A DNA stretch of 64,000 nucleotides. Source: Nemertoderma westbladi (lineage: Eukaryota; Animalia; Xenacoelomorpha). A program made the translations under genes and the position numbers. The DNA is taken from NCBI GenBank assembly GCA_032718475.1, contig JAUCBJ010000013.1, positions 1-64,000 of the forward strand, in the 5' to 3' direction. Shown piece by piece: positions 21,802-35,762 of this stretch (position 1 is the stretch's first letter; every line of letters starts with the position of its first letter). A model generated the notes under the pieces. The model saw only the letters and a list, made by a program, of their open reading frames with translations, was not told where the DNA came from and searched no databases.

Positions 21802-21979
21802 ATTGTGGATCACTGCCCTCGGCCATCGCCTATAGACGGCGGTTGGTCTGACTGGTCCGACTGGACTGTCTGTGACTACACTGACAGCGGGTCTCGGTGC
21901 GTCTGTCGTCAGAGACTCTGTGATTCACCGTCTCCTAGCAACGGTGGCGTGCCTTGTTACGGTCTAACGATAGCCGTCT
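21802..21979 (+). CDS. SEMA5: Semaphorin-5 internal exon (TSP1 repeat)
   Basis: Acceptor tttatag| and donor |gttagt. Encodes IVDHCPRPSPIDGGWSDWSDWTVCDYTDSGSRCVCRQRLCDSPSPSNGGVPCYGLTIAV, with the CxCRxRxCDSPxP signature of class-5 semaphorins. Missed by the ORF track. Confidence 0.88.
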
Positions 21980-22384
21980 GTTAGTAAATATAAATTATTT
22001 AGTCCAACGTTGAAAATAGTAATTCTATTTACATTTTGTAAAAACAACAACAAATACATCTATAAGATCGTAACAAAATATGGGGGAGGGGGTGGTAAGG
22101 CATACATTTGGTATTTTCTTTCGATTTTGGGGGAATATTTCACATATGTATCGTATTTTTGTATCGTATTGGCGCCTTGTTTAAAGTTCTTAGAATGGCG
22201 CGATATAAATATATTGTTATTATTATAATTTTTTCGCATAAAAGATGGTTTCTGTCAGAAAATATTTGTTTTATCCCGAAAAATTAGTTTTAGCGGGAAA
22301 AATTAGTTGAAGTTAAGTTTTTATGTTAAAAAAAATTACAGACTGAAGAAATTTTTGTAAGAGGCAAGTTTATATTATGCACAT

Positions 22385-23640
22385 TTGATTGATTCTGTTA
22401 CCGCGCATTATTGGTGCCTCCGTAAACAATACAAATCTCTGATAACTAATAAACGTATTTCTTATGAAAATTTAGAACTTTTAAATCGGTCCATCTTCGA
22501 ACACGGATTCAAGCCGTCAGTAGCTCCTATAGATGCTGCTGTGCTTGAGGATCACTTTACGTCGCTCCTTGGAACCCCCAACGACCCTGCCGATGCTCCG
22601 CCCCCACCTGAAACAACGGAGTCGGAGCTGAACTCCGATGAATGGTTCAACCGCCAGTTCACAATGAAATATACGAGACTATCTCCAACCTTCCGAACAA
22701 TAAAGCTTGTGGTCAGGATGGTATTTTCTACGACCATATAAAACAAGCAGCCCCGTTTATTTTATCAATAATACCTCTTCTTTATAACGTTAGCCTTGAA
22801 TCTAGTAATCTTCCATCTATCTGGAAGCAAAGTGTAATTAATATACTCTACAAGGGTAAAGGTACAATTACAAATCCGGACAATTACCGCGGGATTGCTC
22901 TCCTTTGCGTTCTACTTAAAATCCTGACGTCAACGATAAACAAAAGAATTCGCCGTGCTTTGTCTGGTTTCATTCCGATAGAACAGTTTGGTTTTACTGC
23001 GGGAAGATCCACTAAACAAGCAATATCTCAGCTTCTTCGCGATATTTCGGCGGCATTTTCTTCAACGACGAGAGAAAATAGAACAACATACGCATTATTT
23101 GTAGATTTTAGAAAGGCCTTCGACCTCCTTAGCAGAAAGGTTTTACTTAATAAGTTGTATAATTCTGGTGTTCGTGGAAAAACATACAATCTCATCAAGG
23201 ACTTATTGTGCAATTATTTTCGTGTCAACGACGGCCTGCGATTCTCGAATTTTATTAGACAGCTCGCAGGCGTTTTATAGGGAGACTTAGACTGTCTCAG
23301 TCCCACCTGCTTCATTATATTTATCGCAGATCTCGCAGTTGCTCTTAGGAATGCGGCTTATCTGCTAAAGTTCATATTCTATGCCGATGAATTAGTTATT
23401 TATTCTAGAAACAAAAAGGATATCCAATCAGCTCTCGATGTCATATTCGCTTGGTGCAACTCAAATGGAATGGAAGTGAATCTACTGAAAACTAAGATCG
23501 TGAAGTTCCGTAAAGGTGGACGCTTTAGTAAGGACGACACTTTTATATATGGAAATAATAATGTTAAATTGGTGAACAACTATGAATATCTTGGAATAAC
23601 ACTTCAGCTTTCCACACACCGCAGCTCGCCGATTATAGAA
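22385..23640 (+). pseudogene. Decayed non-LTR retrotransposon RT
   Basis: NYRGIAL, QFGF..GRST, FVDFRKAFD, GVL*GD, FYADE and YEYLG motifs, with stops and frameshifts. Confidence 0.85.
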
Positions 23641-23889
23641 GTAAACAACATAAAATGACACTATATTTCGGGTCATGGTGTATATTATGCATAATTGGCT
23701 GTATATATATATATATATTACATAAGCTCGTAATTAAACATTGCAAGTATATAGATTAAATGTTAAAGTTGTCAATTAAATTTGTTTTAATGACATTTTT
23801 CTTTTTGTTCAATTTTTTATTTTTTAAGGAACTATGTACACACCCAGTGGGGGTAAATTGAATTTATTTATCTTATATACAATGTATTA

Positions 23890-24820
23890 CACCATGACCC
23901 GTAATATAGTGTCATTTTCTAATGACACGGACACCCCCCAAAATTTTTCTACACATCTTTATCATATTGCTTGAAATTTGAAACACAACTAGTTCAACTC
24001 ACCGTGGTTGTTACCATGAAGCCGGAATTTACGATTTTGCCTTTACATTTTTTTATAAGTGTTTTAAAAAAGTGTCTTTGCGAAATTGCACATCTCCTAT
24101 CATCGCCATTCTTCACATTAACCTCGCTTTATAGATATTATTAAAAAGCTTGCGTTCCAAGGATTCCAATTATGTAACAATATATGAGAAATAGGCGTTA
24201 AATCTACAAATAGGCGGAGAAATAGGCGAGAAATAGGCTGAGATATAGGCGTTCAAAGATTGCAGGAACTTTTGCTCGCTGCAGGCCATTTTTTCTATTT
24301 AATTAATATACAAAATTCTAGAACGTGTTATTTATTTTATGAGTTGGTAGGCAACAGCGGAATGGCTATACAATATTGCGTAGCTAATCATAAATAAACA
24401 AATTGTTCCAGAACATTGCGTATTTATTAAATAGAATAAATGGCAGGCATAGAACAATTCTTGCAATCTTTTAACGCCTATATCTCAGTTGTTTCTCAAC
24501 GAAATAAATATATTGTTACATATTTGGAATCCTTGCAAGGCAAGCTTTTTAATAATATCTATAAAGCGAGGTTAATGTGTAGAATGGCGATGATAGGAGA
24601 TGTGCGATTTCGCAAAAGACACTTTTTTAAAACGCTTTTAAAAAGAATGTAAAGGCAAAATCGAAACTTCCGGCTTCATGGTAACAACGACCGTTAGTGG
24701 AACTAGTTGTGTATCAAATTTCAAGCAATATGATAAAGGTGTGTATAAAAAATTGGTGGGGGGGGGGGGGGGGGGGTGTCCGTGTCATCAGAAAATGACA
24801 CTATATTTCGGGTCATGGTG
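23890..24820. mobile_element. Non-autonomous DNA transposon with ~300-bp TIRs (Tc1/mariner-type TA TSD)
   Basis: Ends CACCATGACCCG...CGGGTCATGGTG, with TA on both sides. Partial copies at about 23650-23680, 33990-34235 and 42976-43129. Confidence 0.85.
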
Positions 24821-24915
24821 TATAACAATAATTTGTATAATATTATGTTTTCTGCAAACTTTTTTAGCGTACATAACGGTACCAACTACCAATTAACTGT
24901 GTTTATTTAGATTAT

Positions 24916-26120
24916 CTACTTTCTTCTTTTGGGGGATTTCCGCCTCTTTGGTGATTTTGGCCGTTTCATTTTTGGTCGTTTCGGTGATTTACTTTTTTTC
25001 GGTGACTTTGATCTTTTCGGTGACTTTTTCTTTTTTGGCGATTTTGATCTTTTTGGTGATTTTCTTTTTTTCGGTGATTTTGATCTTTTCGGTGACTTTG
25101 ATCTTTTCGGTGACTTTTTCTTTTTTGGTGATTTTGATCTTTTAGGCGATTTTTTATTTTTTGGTGATTTTGATCTTTTAGGCGATTTTTTATTTTTTGT
25201 TGATTTTGATCTTTTTTTTTTATTTTCTTTCCCATGTTTTTTTGAACCACTTCTAGACTTGCTTTTCTTTTTATCTTTTTCTTTCTTATTTTTTTCCTTT
25301 AGGCCACGTTTCTTTGCATTTTTTTTACGTGATCTTTCTTCTCTTTTTAACATTTTATCTCTGAGTCTCTGTTTACGATTTTCCTCTTGCTTTTTTCTCT
25401 CCTCTCTACTCTTTGCTCTCCTTTCCTTGTTCCTTTCTTTCCTTCTTTTCTTTTCTTCACTTTTTTCATCACCACCTCCCACACCTCCCTGATCAGGTTG
25501 TTGACCTCCCCCGCTGTAATCGCTTTCCTGATTAAAACCCCCATCAGGGTCATCATTCATCCTACCACCGTTATCATAACCTTCATCGTTACCTCCACCA
25601 TAGCCACCGTTACTGCCACCGTTACCTCCACCATAGCCACCGTTACTGCCACCGTTACCTCCACCATAGCCACCGTTACTGCCACCGTTACCTCCACCAT
25701 AGCCATCGTTACCACCACCATACCCTTCTCTATCCTGACTATCACCACCACGCATGGGGGGTTGATACTCAGCATCTTCTGAGTAATCAGTATAATCTGC
25801 ACCACCCTCCTGATCAACCTCAGCCCCATTGCTGTACCCACCCCCTCGCCTAGCTCTAGGCCATCGATACGAAGAACAAACACAAATCCTATCCGGGATG
25901 TAGAAGAGATACCCGTAGGCTCCCATCTCCCAATACGGGTTGTCTGACGCCGCTAAATTACTCGTTTGTAACCATCGCAACAACGTTGCTAGTAGTAACT
26001 CAATGAAAAATATGATCAATGCCATGACTCCCCCGATGTCTATTACGCCTTCCCAGTCTGCCATCAACGTTTGTTTACAGCCCCTTTGGTTTATAGTTTG
26101 AACAGATCCACCACGTAGAC
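24916..26120 (-). CDS. PRPH2: Peripherin-2/ROM1-like tetraspanin, last exon (end of EC2, TM4, long Gly-rich and Lys/SPKK tail)
   Basis: Acceptor catag| with upstream CTAAT. Reads LRGGSVQTINQRGCKQTLMADW...LIIFFIELLLATLLRWLQTS, matching the peripherin RGC...LRYLQTS segment. Symbol denotes the family, not proven orthology. Confidence 0.8.
24930..25215 (-). repeat. 18-bp coding repeats (KSPK motifs)
   Basis: Alternating KRSKSP / KKKKSP hexapeptides. Confidence 0.9.
25588..25722 (-). repeat. 33-bp coding repeats (GGYGGGNGGSN)
   Basis: GTTACCTCCACCATAGCCACCGTTACTGCCACC x3, plus degenerate copies. Confidence 0.9.
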
Positions 26121-27166
26121 CTATGATGACGCATTAGTGAGGCCTACGGGATAGCCAGAATTATTTTCACACTTATTTTTACGAGTTGCTAATATGATTT
26201 GCTCAATAGAACATGTTACAGTTCCCTTTTTACTAGTAATATGCTGCTGCATATTTCCCTCACCCTATATCTGTATTGCTTACATTTTGACAGTTTTACT
26301 GAAATAGTATCTCTTAAGTATTCTTTGCAGCAACTTGTTTCGGCTACGGTTCCGTATGCCACTACACTTTTTATACCTTAATCATTGTTACTATGGCAAC
26401 AATGGTAATTATAGAACACCATATAAAAGTTATTTAACTATTCTAGAACATAAATAAAATAATAAATATAATGTTGTAGAACATTATAGCTAGTTGTTTT
26501 TATTTTAAATTAGTTAGTAATTTTGAAAAAAATTCAGATGTTAAATTTTAACAATTTGTCGCCAATGTTTTAACATTTTTTTATAGTTTCAAAAAATACT
26601 AGCTAGTAAAAAAAACACTACCTACTATAAAAAAACATGTCTACTAGTGTTCTAGAACACTTAACAATAATAAAAAGCGAAAATATTACCATATTTCTCA
26701 AATTTAATAAATGGTCACACAAGCGCTATACCTATGTTAAAAATACACAAAGCTATCTTAACAATTATTAGCTACCTGAAATTGTAAAATTTATACCCTA
26801 ACACTAAATTTAATAAATTTTTTTTAATTTATTTTAAGTACTAGCTATTTTTAAATATAAAAATTACTAGCTATATGTTCTAGAACATTATATTTTATTG
26901 TATTTATGTTCTAGAATAGTTAAATATCATTTATATGGTGTTCTAGAACTCTACATGTTTTCTACAAGTTGCATCGTGTGAGAGGAACCTAACTCCGCGA
27001 TACATTTAATAGGAGGAATAAAAATTGACTCACTCAAATTAAAGATAGGGAGTCTAAATTATTTAATAAGTATCACCTCAGATATTTTTCATAACCTTGA
27101 ATTTTTTTATTTTTTCTAACACTTTAATAAGATGTGTTGTAAAGTAATAGGTCACACAGGCCACAC

Positions 27167-27920
27167 TAATGTCACTTTTGGTTTCGCACGGTTGCAAAGT
27201 GACTTTGCGACAACAGCTAAACGGCACATCGTCCACTAAATATCTCCCGTCAAAACTTCTTCTTTCCTCCACTTCCCCCGCAGTTGTATCAATATACCTC
27301 GAATTAACCCACTGAACACCGAACCAATCCTGGTAAGATTCACTCCCACAGCATTGCAACTCCAACTGAAGCACGTCAACTTGCTCTTTTACGTAAGTGC
27401 TGTTTGGGTACTGCTCCATAACTTTGGATATCCCTCTAGAAAGCGAATTCATTATGTGAGATTCAAGTTGAAAACAAACTATTGAAGCTGCTATTATTAT
27501 AACTCCAAGAATAATATGGGCTAAAGTAAATAAATAAAGCCAAACATTAGATGATAAACGCGTTTCTTCATCTTGACTACTGAAACAAGTTTTCGCTGTG
27601 AATATGCCCAATACGATTTGAGCTACTCCCGTTATTATAAACAATAAACTAAAAGTGACGTCACTGTAATCTTTTAGTAAATGTACATAACCTCCAATCC
27701 AAACTCGTATCGCTATCGCGAATACAATCATAAGTTTCCCACTAAATATAGTCAGACAACTGAGGAACCAGGATATTCTCGCTAACACCTGTCTGCTTCC
27801 GCCACTCAGTTTCAGGGTCATCAATCGGTGTCCATCTCTAGGCAAACCGTTACGGTTCCTCGGAAATAATGCACTTTTTAGTCTCGAAAGTTTCGGGAGA
27901 CTCAAATGGCTTCCTGTCAT
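27167..27920 (-). CDS. PRPH2: Peripherin-2/ROM1-like tetraspanin, first coding exon (TM1-3, EC2)
   Basis: Three hydrophobic helices and CCG...DWFGVQWVNSRY...DGRYLVDDVPFSCC, the peripherin/RDS EC2 signature. Donor position is uncertain (phase-1 GT candidates after 27176, 27167 or 27158). Confidence 0.85.
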
Positions 27921-28040
27921 TTTTTAATATGTTTATTATGATTACGATATAATTTACTGTCAGCAAAAATTATTTATTAATAGAGTGACATAATGCCAGA
28001 TATCTTTCCAGTAGGGAATTCGTATAAATAAAGACTTGGG

Positions 28041-28711
28041 GGGTCGGTTTCTCAAAGCTCACTTATCTTAAATTGCCCACTTAAACCAAACTTTTTCTTA
28101 CAAAGTCAAAACTTAAACGACAATTTAAAATTACACATTTAATAATAATAATGATTATTATTCTTTATTAACTGATCACGCAGTTGCAACAAGAAGGGGA
28201 CAAAATTTCATATTTAAGGGAAGACTTAAGTAACACTGGGAGGTACTCTCTTAGGCCGCGATCACACTACCGAGTCAAAGTCAAAATGTAAAACATAATC
28301 ACAAGAAATTTATTTTTTTCTAGAATCGCCTTATGTATTATATTAGGCCTATATAATGTATTATTATTTATTATTGCTAGCTAGCTATATTTTTATTTTG
28401 ACTTTGACTCGGTAGTGTGAACGGGGCCTTATGTGTGGTCACTTAGGTATAATTTGCTCTGTACCGGTAATGTTTTGTTGAGAATAAAAAACATAACTGA
28501 TAAGCCGATCTGATTTGGCCACTGATTTGGCCTAGGCCCATCTGACCAATTAAAGGATCTGGGTCACAGGTTTGGAATATTTCAGTTTTGGATATCTTTT
28601 AATGAGAAACAACACTTAACTTAAATTAAGTGGCCATTTAACAAGTGAGCATTTAAAATTATTAAGCCGCCACTTTAAGATATGTGGGCACTTGGTTTGA
28701 GAAACCGGGCC
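28041..28711. mobile_element. Probable Harbinger-type MITE (older)
   Basis: Inverted ends CGGTTTCTCAAA / TTTGAGAAACCG. TSD not clear. Confidence 0.55.
28254..28428. mobile_element. 175-bp MITE with TTA TSD nested in the previous element
   Basis: TIR GGCCGCGATCACACTACCGAGTCAAAGTCAAAAT and its near-complement. TTA on both sides. Confidence 0.85.
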
Positions 28712-28770
28712 AATGTGTCAGGATTTATATATTATGGTTCAATTTAACTAGCAATTGTTTATCTAATATA

Positions 28771-31700
28771 CGAGAAAGGCATTTCCTAAAGGAAATGCAA
28801 CCACGAAGCTAAGGAAAATTAAACAAACGGCCACACTTTGGTTCGTTGCTTTAGCCTCGTTTAGTAGCAATTGTCAATAATTAACTTCTATTCCCATGGA
28901 AACTAGAGTTCTCTGGAACTGTTGCTTTAACCTTTGAAAAAAAATTCAGTACAGATTGTGGTTCAGATAACACATATACTGAGTTTCAGAAAATATTGTA
29001 GTTTATGTCCAAATTACCGATTGTCTATCAAAATGCATCTGTTTGCAGTGGTTCTCCTGGAAACTGAAAAATAGAACAATGTAATTCGGATGCAGAATAA
29101 GTCACATAGTGGGGGTAGGGGTTAGTCCCAAGTCATAATACTATTAACTTGTGCTTCAAATTATCATTTTATAAATTTTAACATCTGTTTAGACTTGTTG
29201 CTATGGTAACTGTATTTTCTAATTAACCTCAAACGGCTTGGATATGGATCTTATAGATGAGTTGCAAAACCCCAAGTTTATATATATTACAGTTTTTCTA
29301 CAAATATAGTTATCAATATAGATTTGAATGATATAGAGTTTAATAAACTACAGTTACCATGGTAACTAAATTTCTGGAATAATTTAAGTTTCACTAAAAG
29401 TTCCAACTAGTGGTCCAGATAACACATACCCAGTTTTGTAAAATTTTATCGTGAAGTCTATGTCCAAATGAATAAGTTTTGAATAAAAACATCTGTTTTC
29501 AGCGGTTGTCATGGTAACTGAAAAATAGAACAATGTAATTCGGATGCAGAATAAGTTATATAGTGGGGGTAGGGGTTGGTCCCAAGTCATAACACCTTGC
29601 CCTTAGGCCTCAAATTAACATTTTATAAATTTTAACATCTGTTTATCCCGGTTGCCAAGGTAACTGGATTTTCTATTTAGCCTCAATCGGATCTGCTATG
29701 GACCTTATAGTTGTGTTGCGAAACCCCAAGTTTATATCTATTATAGTTTTCCTACAAATAGAGTTCTAAATATTGACTTGAAATACATAGACTTTTTTTG
29801 AAGTCCGTTGCCATGGAAACCAGATTTTTCCTGGATATGAGACCCGGCCCAAAAGATGCGCCTCGTCGAGTAGTATATACATGCAAAATTTCATGGTACT
29901 TTTAAAGGCTAGTTTTTTCACCTATCAAAAAACCCCAAATCTGCCTCATACAAGTAAAATAGCCCACTATGAATAGACCATCTCAGCTAAGGAAAATCTT
30001 TCTTAGCGAAAGTAGTTGATTTTCCTTAGCTTCGTGGATATACCGAATTTCAGAAAATATTGTAGTTTACGAGAAAGGCATTTCCTAAAGGAAATGCAAC
30101 CACGAAGCTAAGGAAAATTAAACAAACGGCCATACTTTGGTTCGTTGCTTAGCCTCGTTAAGTAGCAATTGTCAATAATTATAATTAACTTCTATTCCCA
30201 TGGAAACTAGAGTTCTCTGGAACTGTTGCTTTAACCTTTGAAAAAAAATTCAGTACAGATTGTGGTTCAGATAACACATATACTGAGTTTCAGAAAATAT
30301 TGTAGTTTATGTCCAAATTACCGATTTTCTATCAAAATGCATCTGTTTGCAGTGGTTGTCATGGAAACTGAAAAATAGAACAATGTAATTCGGATGCAGA
30401 ATAAGTCATATAGTGGGGGTAGGTGTTAGTCCCAAGTCATAATACTATTAACTTGTGCTTCAAATTATCATTTTATAAATTTTAACATCTGTTTAGACTT
30501 GTTGCTATGGTAACTGTATTTCGTAATTAACCTCAAACGGCTTGGATATGGATCTTATAGATGAGTTGCAAAACCCCAAGTTTATATATATTACAGTTTT
30601 GCTACAAATAGAGTTATCAATATAGATTTGAATGATATAGAGTTTAATAAACTACAGTTACCATGGTAACTAAATTTCTGGAATAATTTAAGTTTCACTA
30701 AAAGTTCCAACTAGTGGTCCAGATAACACATACCCAGTTTTGTAAAATTTTATCGTGAAGTCTATGTCCAAATGAATAAGTTTTGAATAAAAACATCTGT
30801 TTTCAGCGGTTGTCATGGTAACTGAAAAATAGAACAATGTAATTCAGATGCAGAATAAGTTATATAGTGGGGGTAGGGGTTGGTCCCAAGTCGTAACACC
30901 TTGCTCTTACGCCTCAAATTAACATTTTATAAATTTTAACATCTGTTTATCCCGGTTGCCAAGGTAACTGGATTTTCTATTTAGCCTCAATCGGATCTGC
31001 TATGGACCTTATAGTTGTGTTGCGAAACCCCAAGTTTATATCTATTATAGTTTTCCTACAAATAGAGTTATAAATATTGACTTGAAATACATAGACTTTT
31101 TTTGAAGTCCGTTGCCATGGAAACCAGATTTTTCCTGGATATGAGACCCGGCCCAAAAGATGCGCCTCGTCGAGTAGTATATACATGCAAAATTTCAGGG
31201 TACTTTTAAAGGCTAGTTTTTTCACCTATCAAAAAAAAACAAATCTGCCTCACACAAGTAAAATAGCCCACTATGAATAGACCATCTCAGCTAAGGAAAA
31301 TCTTTCTTAGCGAAAGTAGTTGATTTTCCTTAGCTTCGTGGATGTCCAAATTACAAATTACCGATTTTCTATGAAAATGCATCGGTTTGTTTGCAGTGGT
31401 TGTCAGGGAAACTGAAAAATAGAACAATGTAATTCGGATGCAGAATAAGTCATATAGTGGGGGTAGGTGTTGGTCCCAAGTCATAATACTATTAACTTGT
31501 GCTTCAAATTACTAGAAAGGCATTTCCTAAAGGAAATGCAACCACGAAGCTAAGGAAAACTAAACAAACGGCCACACTTTGGTTCTTTGCTTAGCCTAGT
31601 CTAGTAGCATTTGCCAATAATTAGCTTCTATTTCCATGGAAACTAGAGTTCTCTGGAACTGTTGGTTCATCCTTTGAAAATAGATTCAGTCCAGATTGTG

Positions 31701-33942
31701 GTTCAGATAACACATATACCGAGTTTCAGAAAATATTGTACTTTATGTCCAAAATACTGATTTTCTATCAAAATGCATCTGTTTGCAGTGGTTGTCAAGG
31801 AAACTGAAAAATAGAACAATGTAATTCGGATGCAGAATAACTCATATAGTGGGGGTAGGTGTTGGTCCCAAGTCATAATACTATTAACTTGTGCTTCAAA
31901 TTATTATTTTATAAATTTTGACATCTGTTTAGTCTTGTTGCTATGGTAACTGGATTTCGTAATTAACCTCGAACGGCTTGTATATAGCTATTATATAACA
32001 CATATACCGAATTTCAAAAAGTATTGTAGTTTATGTCCAAATTACCGATTTTCTATCAAAATGCATCTGTTTGCAGTGGTTGTCATGGAAACTGAAAAAT
32101 AGAACAATGTAATTCGGATGCAGAATAAGTCATATAGTGGGGGTAGGTGTTGCCCTCAAGTCATAATACTATTAACTTGTGCTTCAAATTATCATTTTAT
32201 AAATTTTAACATCTGTTTAGTCTTGTTGCTATGGTAACTGGATTTTCTAATTAACCTCGAACGTCTTGGATATGGACCTTATAGATGAGTTGCAAAACCC
32301 CAAGTTATATATATTACAGTTTTGCTACAAATAGTGTAATGAATATAGAATTGAATTATATAGACTTTAATAAACTACAGTTACCATGGTAAATAGATAT
32401 TTCTGGAATGTTTTGAGTTTCACTAAAAGTTTAACTAGTGGACCAGATAACACATACCCAGTTTCGGATAATTTGATCGCGAAGTCTATGTCCAAAAGAG
32501 CTATATTTGTATCAAAACATCTGTTTTAAGCGGTTGTCATGGGAACAGGAAAATGGAACAGTGAAATTCGGATGCAGAATAAGTCATATAGTGGGGGTAA
32601 GGGTTGGTCCCAAGTCATAACACATTAACCTTAGGCTTCAAATTAACATTTTATAAATTTTAACATCTGTTTAGCCCGGTTGCCAAGGTAACTGGATTTT
32701 CTATTGAACCTCAATCGGCTCTGTTATGGACCTTATAGTTGAGTTGAGAAACCCCAAGTTTATATCTATTATAGTTTTCCTAAAAATAGAGTTATAAATA
32801 TTGACTTGAAATACATAGACTTTTTTTGAAGTCCGTTGCCATGGAAACCAGATTTTTCCTGGATATGAGACCCGGCCCAAAAGATGCGCCTCGCCGAGTA
32901 GTATATACATGCAAAATTTCAGGGTACTTTTAAAGGCTAGTTTTTTAACCTATCAAAAAAAACCAAATCTGCCTCATACAAGTAAAATAGCCCACTATGA
33001 ATAGACCATCTCAGCTAAGGAAAATCTTTCTTAGCGAAAGTAGTTGATTTTCCTTAGCTTCGTGGATCATTTTATAAATTTTAACATCTGTATAGTCTTG
33101 TTGCTATGGTAGCTGGATTTTCAAATTAACCTCGAACGGTTTGTATATGGACCTTATAGATGAGTTGCAAAACCCCAAGTTTATATATATTACAGTTTTG
33201 CTACAAATAGAGTTATCAATATAGATTTGAATGATATAGAGTTTAATAAACTACAGTTACCATGGTAACTAAATTTCTGGAATAATTTAAGTTTCACTAA
33301 AAGTTCCAACTAGTGGTCCAGATAACACATTCCCAGTTTTGTAAAATTTTATCGTGAAGTCTATGTCCAAATGAATAAGTTTTGAATAAAAACATATGTT
33401 TTCAGCGGTTGTCATGGTAACTGAAAAATAGAACAATGTAATTCGGATGCAGAATAAGTTATATAGGGGGGGGTAGGGGTTGGTCCCAAGTCATAACACC
33501 TTGCCCTTAGGCTTCAAATTAACATTTTATAAATTTTAACATCTGTTTATCCCGGTTGCCAAGGTAACTGGATTTTCTATTTAGCCTCAATCGGATCTGC
33601 TATGGACCTTATAGTTGTGTTGCGAAACCCCAAGTTTATATCTATTATAGTTTTCCTACAAATAGAGTTATAAATATTGACTTGAAATACATAGACTTTT
33701 TTTGAAGTCCGTTGCCATGGAAACCAGATTTTTCCTGGATATGAGACCCGGCCCAAAAGATGCGCCTCGTCGAGTAGTATATACATGCAAAATTTCAGGG
33801 TACTTTTAAAGGCTAGTTTTTTCGCCTATCAAAAAACCCCAAATCTGCCTCACACAAGTAAAATAGCCCACTATGAATAGACCATCTCAGCTAAGGAAAA
33901 TCTTTCTTAGCGAAAGTAGTTGATTTTCCTTAGCTTCGTGGA
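28771..33942 (-). mobile_element. Cluster of self-nested non-autonomous Helitrons (copies 28771-30038, 30070-31342, 31512-33066, host remnant to 33942)
   Basis: On the minus strand: 5'-TC start, 3' hairpin GCATTTCC-TTTA-GGAAATGC, CTAG/CTCG end, A|T insertion with no TSD. Subterminal inverted repeat CCACGAAGCTAAGGAAAA. Confidence 0.85.
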
Positions 33943-34895
33943 TATAATATTCTAGAATGTATTTGTATACAATTAAGTGGATAATAACTACACCATGTCC
34001 CGTAATATATAGTGTCATTTTCTGATGACATGGACCCCCCCCCCCCCCCCCCCCCCCCAGATTTTTGGATTTGAGATTCCAGATTGAAATTTGAAACATA
34101 ACTAGTTCCACTCACCGTCGATGACCCCATGAAGCCGGAATTTTCGATTTTGCCTTTAAATTTTTTTATAAGCGTTTTAAAAAAGTGTCTTTTGCGAAAT
34201 CGCACCCTCCGCATCGTGGCCATTCTTCACATTAGTCGTAAACAAAGCAAGCTGTTTAATGATATGAAAAAAGTAATTAAGTGCTAATTATGAACAATGG
34301 CGAATCTAATTTTATTTTATTTTTGGGGAATTATTAGTAGTTATGCAGTTAAACTTTCTAGAACAACCTAATAATGACGCGGTGACATATTGGATATCCT
34401 GGACATACATAGTAAAATGTATGGCGTAGGGACATACTGAGAAATAATATCGCACTGCGATATAAAGTTAGAAAATATATCGCCCTGACGATTTGGTACT
34501 GCGAAAATAAATCCATACAAATAAATAATAATATACATAATTAGGGCGGTGCGTTTTTTACTTTTTTTCGATTTCATTGTTCTACCGGTGCACAAAAGTT
34601 ACTAAATGGTAAAAAAAATGAGGCCAAAAAAAATTATTTAAATTTCGTAGAGAACTAGTGCCACAGGCACATGGCCAGAACCTACCATTTGGCACAAGTG
34701 ATGATAATTCTAAATGGCCAACTTTGAGTTCTCCTACTGCATTAATATTATGGTCATTAGAAAAGCAATGACCGATTTAGTGGGGGTAGACACCTTCAAA
34801 ACAAACGTAGAGCGAGCTTTCTTTCTTTGGAATCTTCTGTAACTATATTGTGTTGTACCAATTATTGTAACTTTTTATTTATCATACTTTTTTAG

Positions 34896-35078
34896 CGAAC
34901 TGCACGGTGGATGGCGGTTGGACTCCGTGGTCCCATTGGTCCGTCTGCAGTCAGCCTTGCGGGTCTGGGGTGTCTGTTAGACGGCGTCACTGCAGCAACC
35001 CCCCTACACAACATGGCGGCAGGAATTGTGTAGGTGCAGATATTGATCAGATGCCATGCAATACTCACCAATGCCCAG
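34896..35078 (+). CDS. SEMA5: Semaphorin-5 internal exon (TSP1 repeat)
   Basis: Acceptor ttttag| and donor |gtaact, phase 1-1, in frame with the previous exon. Encodes SNCTVDGGWTPWSHWSVCSQPCGSGVSVRRRHCSNPPTQHGGRNCVGADIDQMPCNTHQCP. Confidence 0.9.
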
Positions 35079-35687
35079 GTAACTAAAGTTTATCCTAAAG
35101 AAATCCCAGAGTGTCGTCATATAGGTTACAAAATTATCTCCATATTTGAGGTCATTTCAACTAGAGAAACACAAAAAAAAATTGCAACTCAAATTCATAA
35201 TTTAGGTTGTAGAGGGTTTTAATTTTAAAGCATTAATGTCAAAACGAATTCCAACATGGCCCCTTACGAGGATCGAACCCACGACCTCTGTAGCCAGAGA
35301 TGTTGATTCAATCCAATGGATTTAAATTAGATCCAAGGTTACAGGGGGTGAAGGCCTAATAACTATTTATTTACGGAAATATACGTTTCTAGGTTGTAAG
35401 TGGGCGTTTATTACAGAATACTCTCATTTTCAATTACACTCAAAACAAAACCATTGTAGCGAGGCATACAAAGAGGTGCTAATTGTTTTCTATACCTTAC
35501 CGGGATGAATACAATTGATTGCTTGACTGTTTTGCATCCACTGTTAAATCGAATGTTGGCCTTGTGTTGCGTAAATTTACCGAAGCGCCTTATTAGGTCC
35601 GCGTAGCGAGACCTCAGTATTCACTCCGCTGTTGTTACTGTTGTTGTTGTTAATTTCTCGTTAGGTTTTGGTATTAAGAATTGCTAC

Positions 35688-35762
35688 GGTCCGAGTGGCT
35701 CAGTTGGCAGAGCGTAAGACTTGGAATCTCTAGGTGCCGAGTTCAATCCCCGTTCCGGTGAA
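35688..35762 (+). mobile_element. tRNA-derived SINE-like head
   Basis: A box TGGCTCAGTTGG and B box GTTCAATCC. Related fragment at about 49068-49112. Another B-box remnant on the minus strand at about 35259-35300. Confidence 0.55.

Noticed and set aside
21810-21985. GC-rich island as a ribozyme or structured ncRNA (also 34900-35030)
   Set aside because: Both translate as TSP1 exons with proper splice sites.
24916-26067. Stand-alone protamine-like or histone H1 gene
   Set aside because: The N-terminus is peripherin TM4 and is preceded by a splice acceptor; no H1 globular domain.
29384-33786. Recurrent 65-82 aa ORFs (MYILL..AHLLGRVSYPGK)
   Set aside because: They recur only because the non-coding Helitron is repeated; no RepHel motifs.
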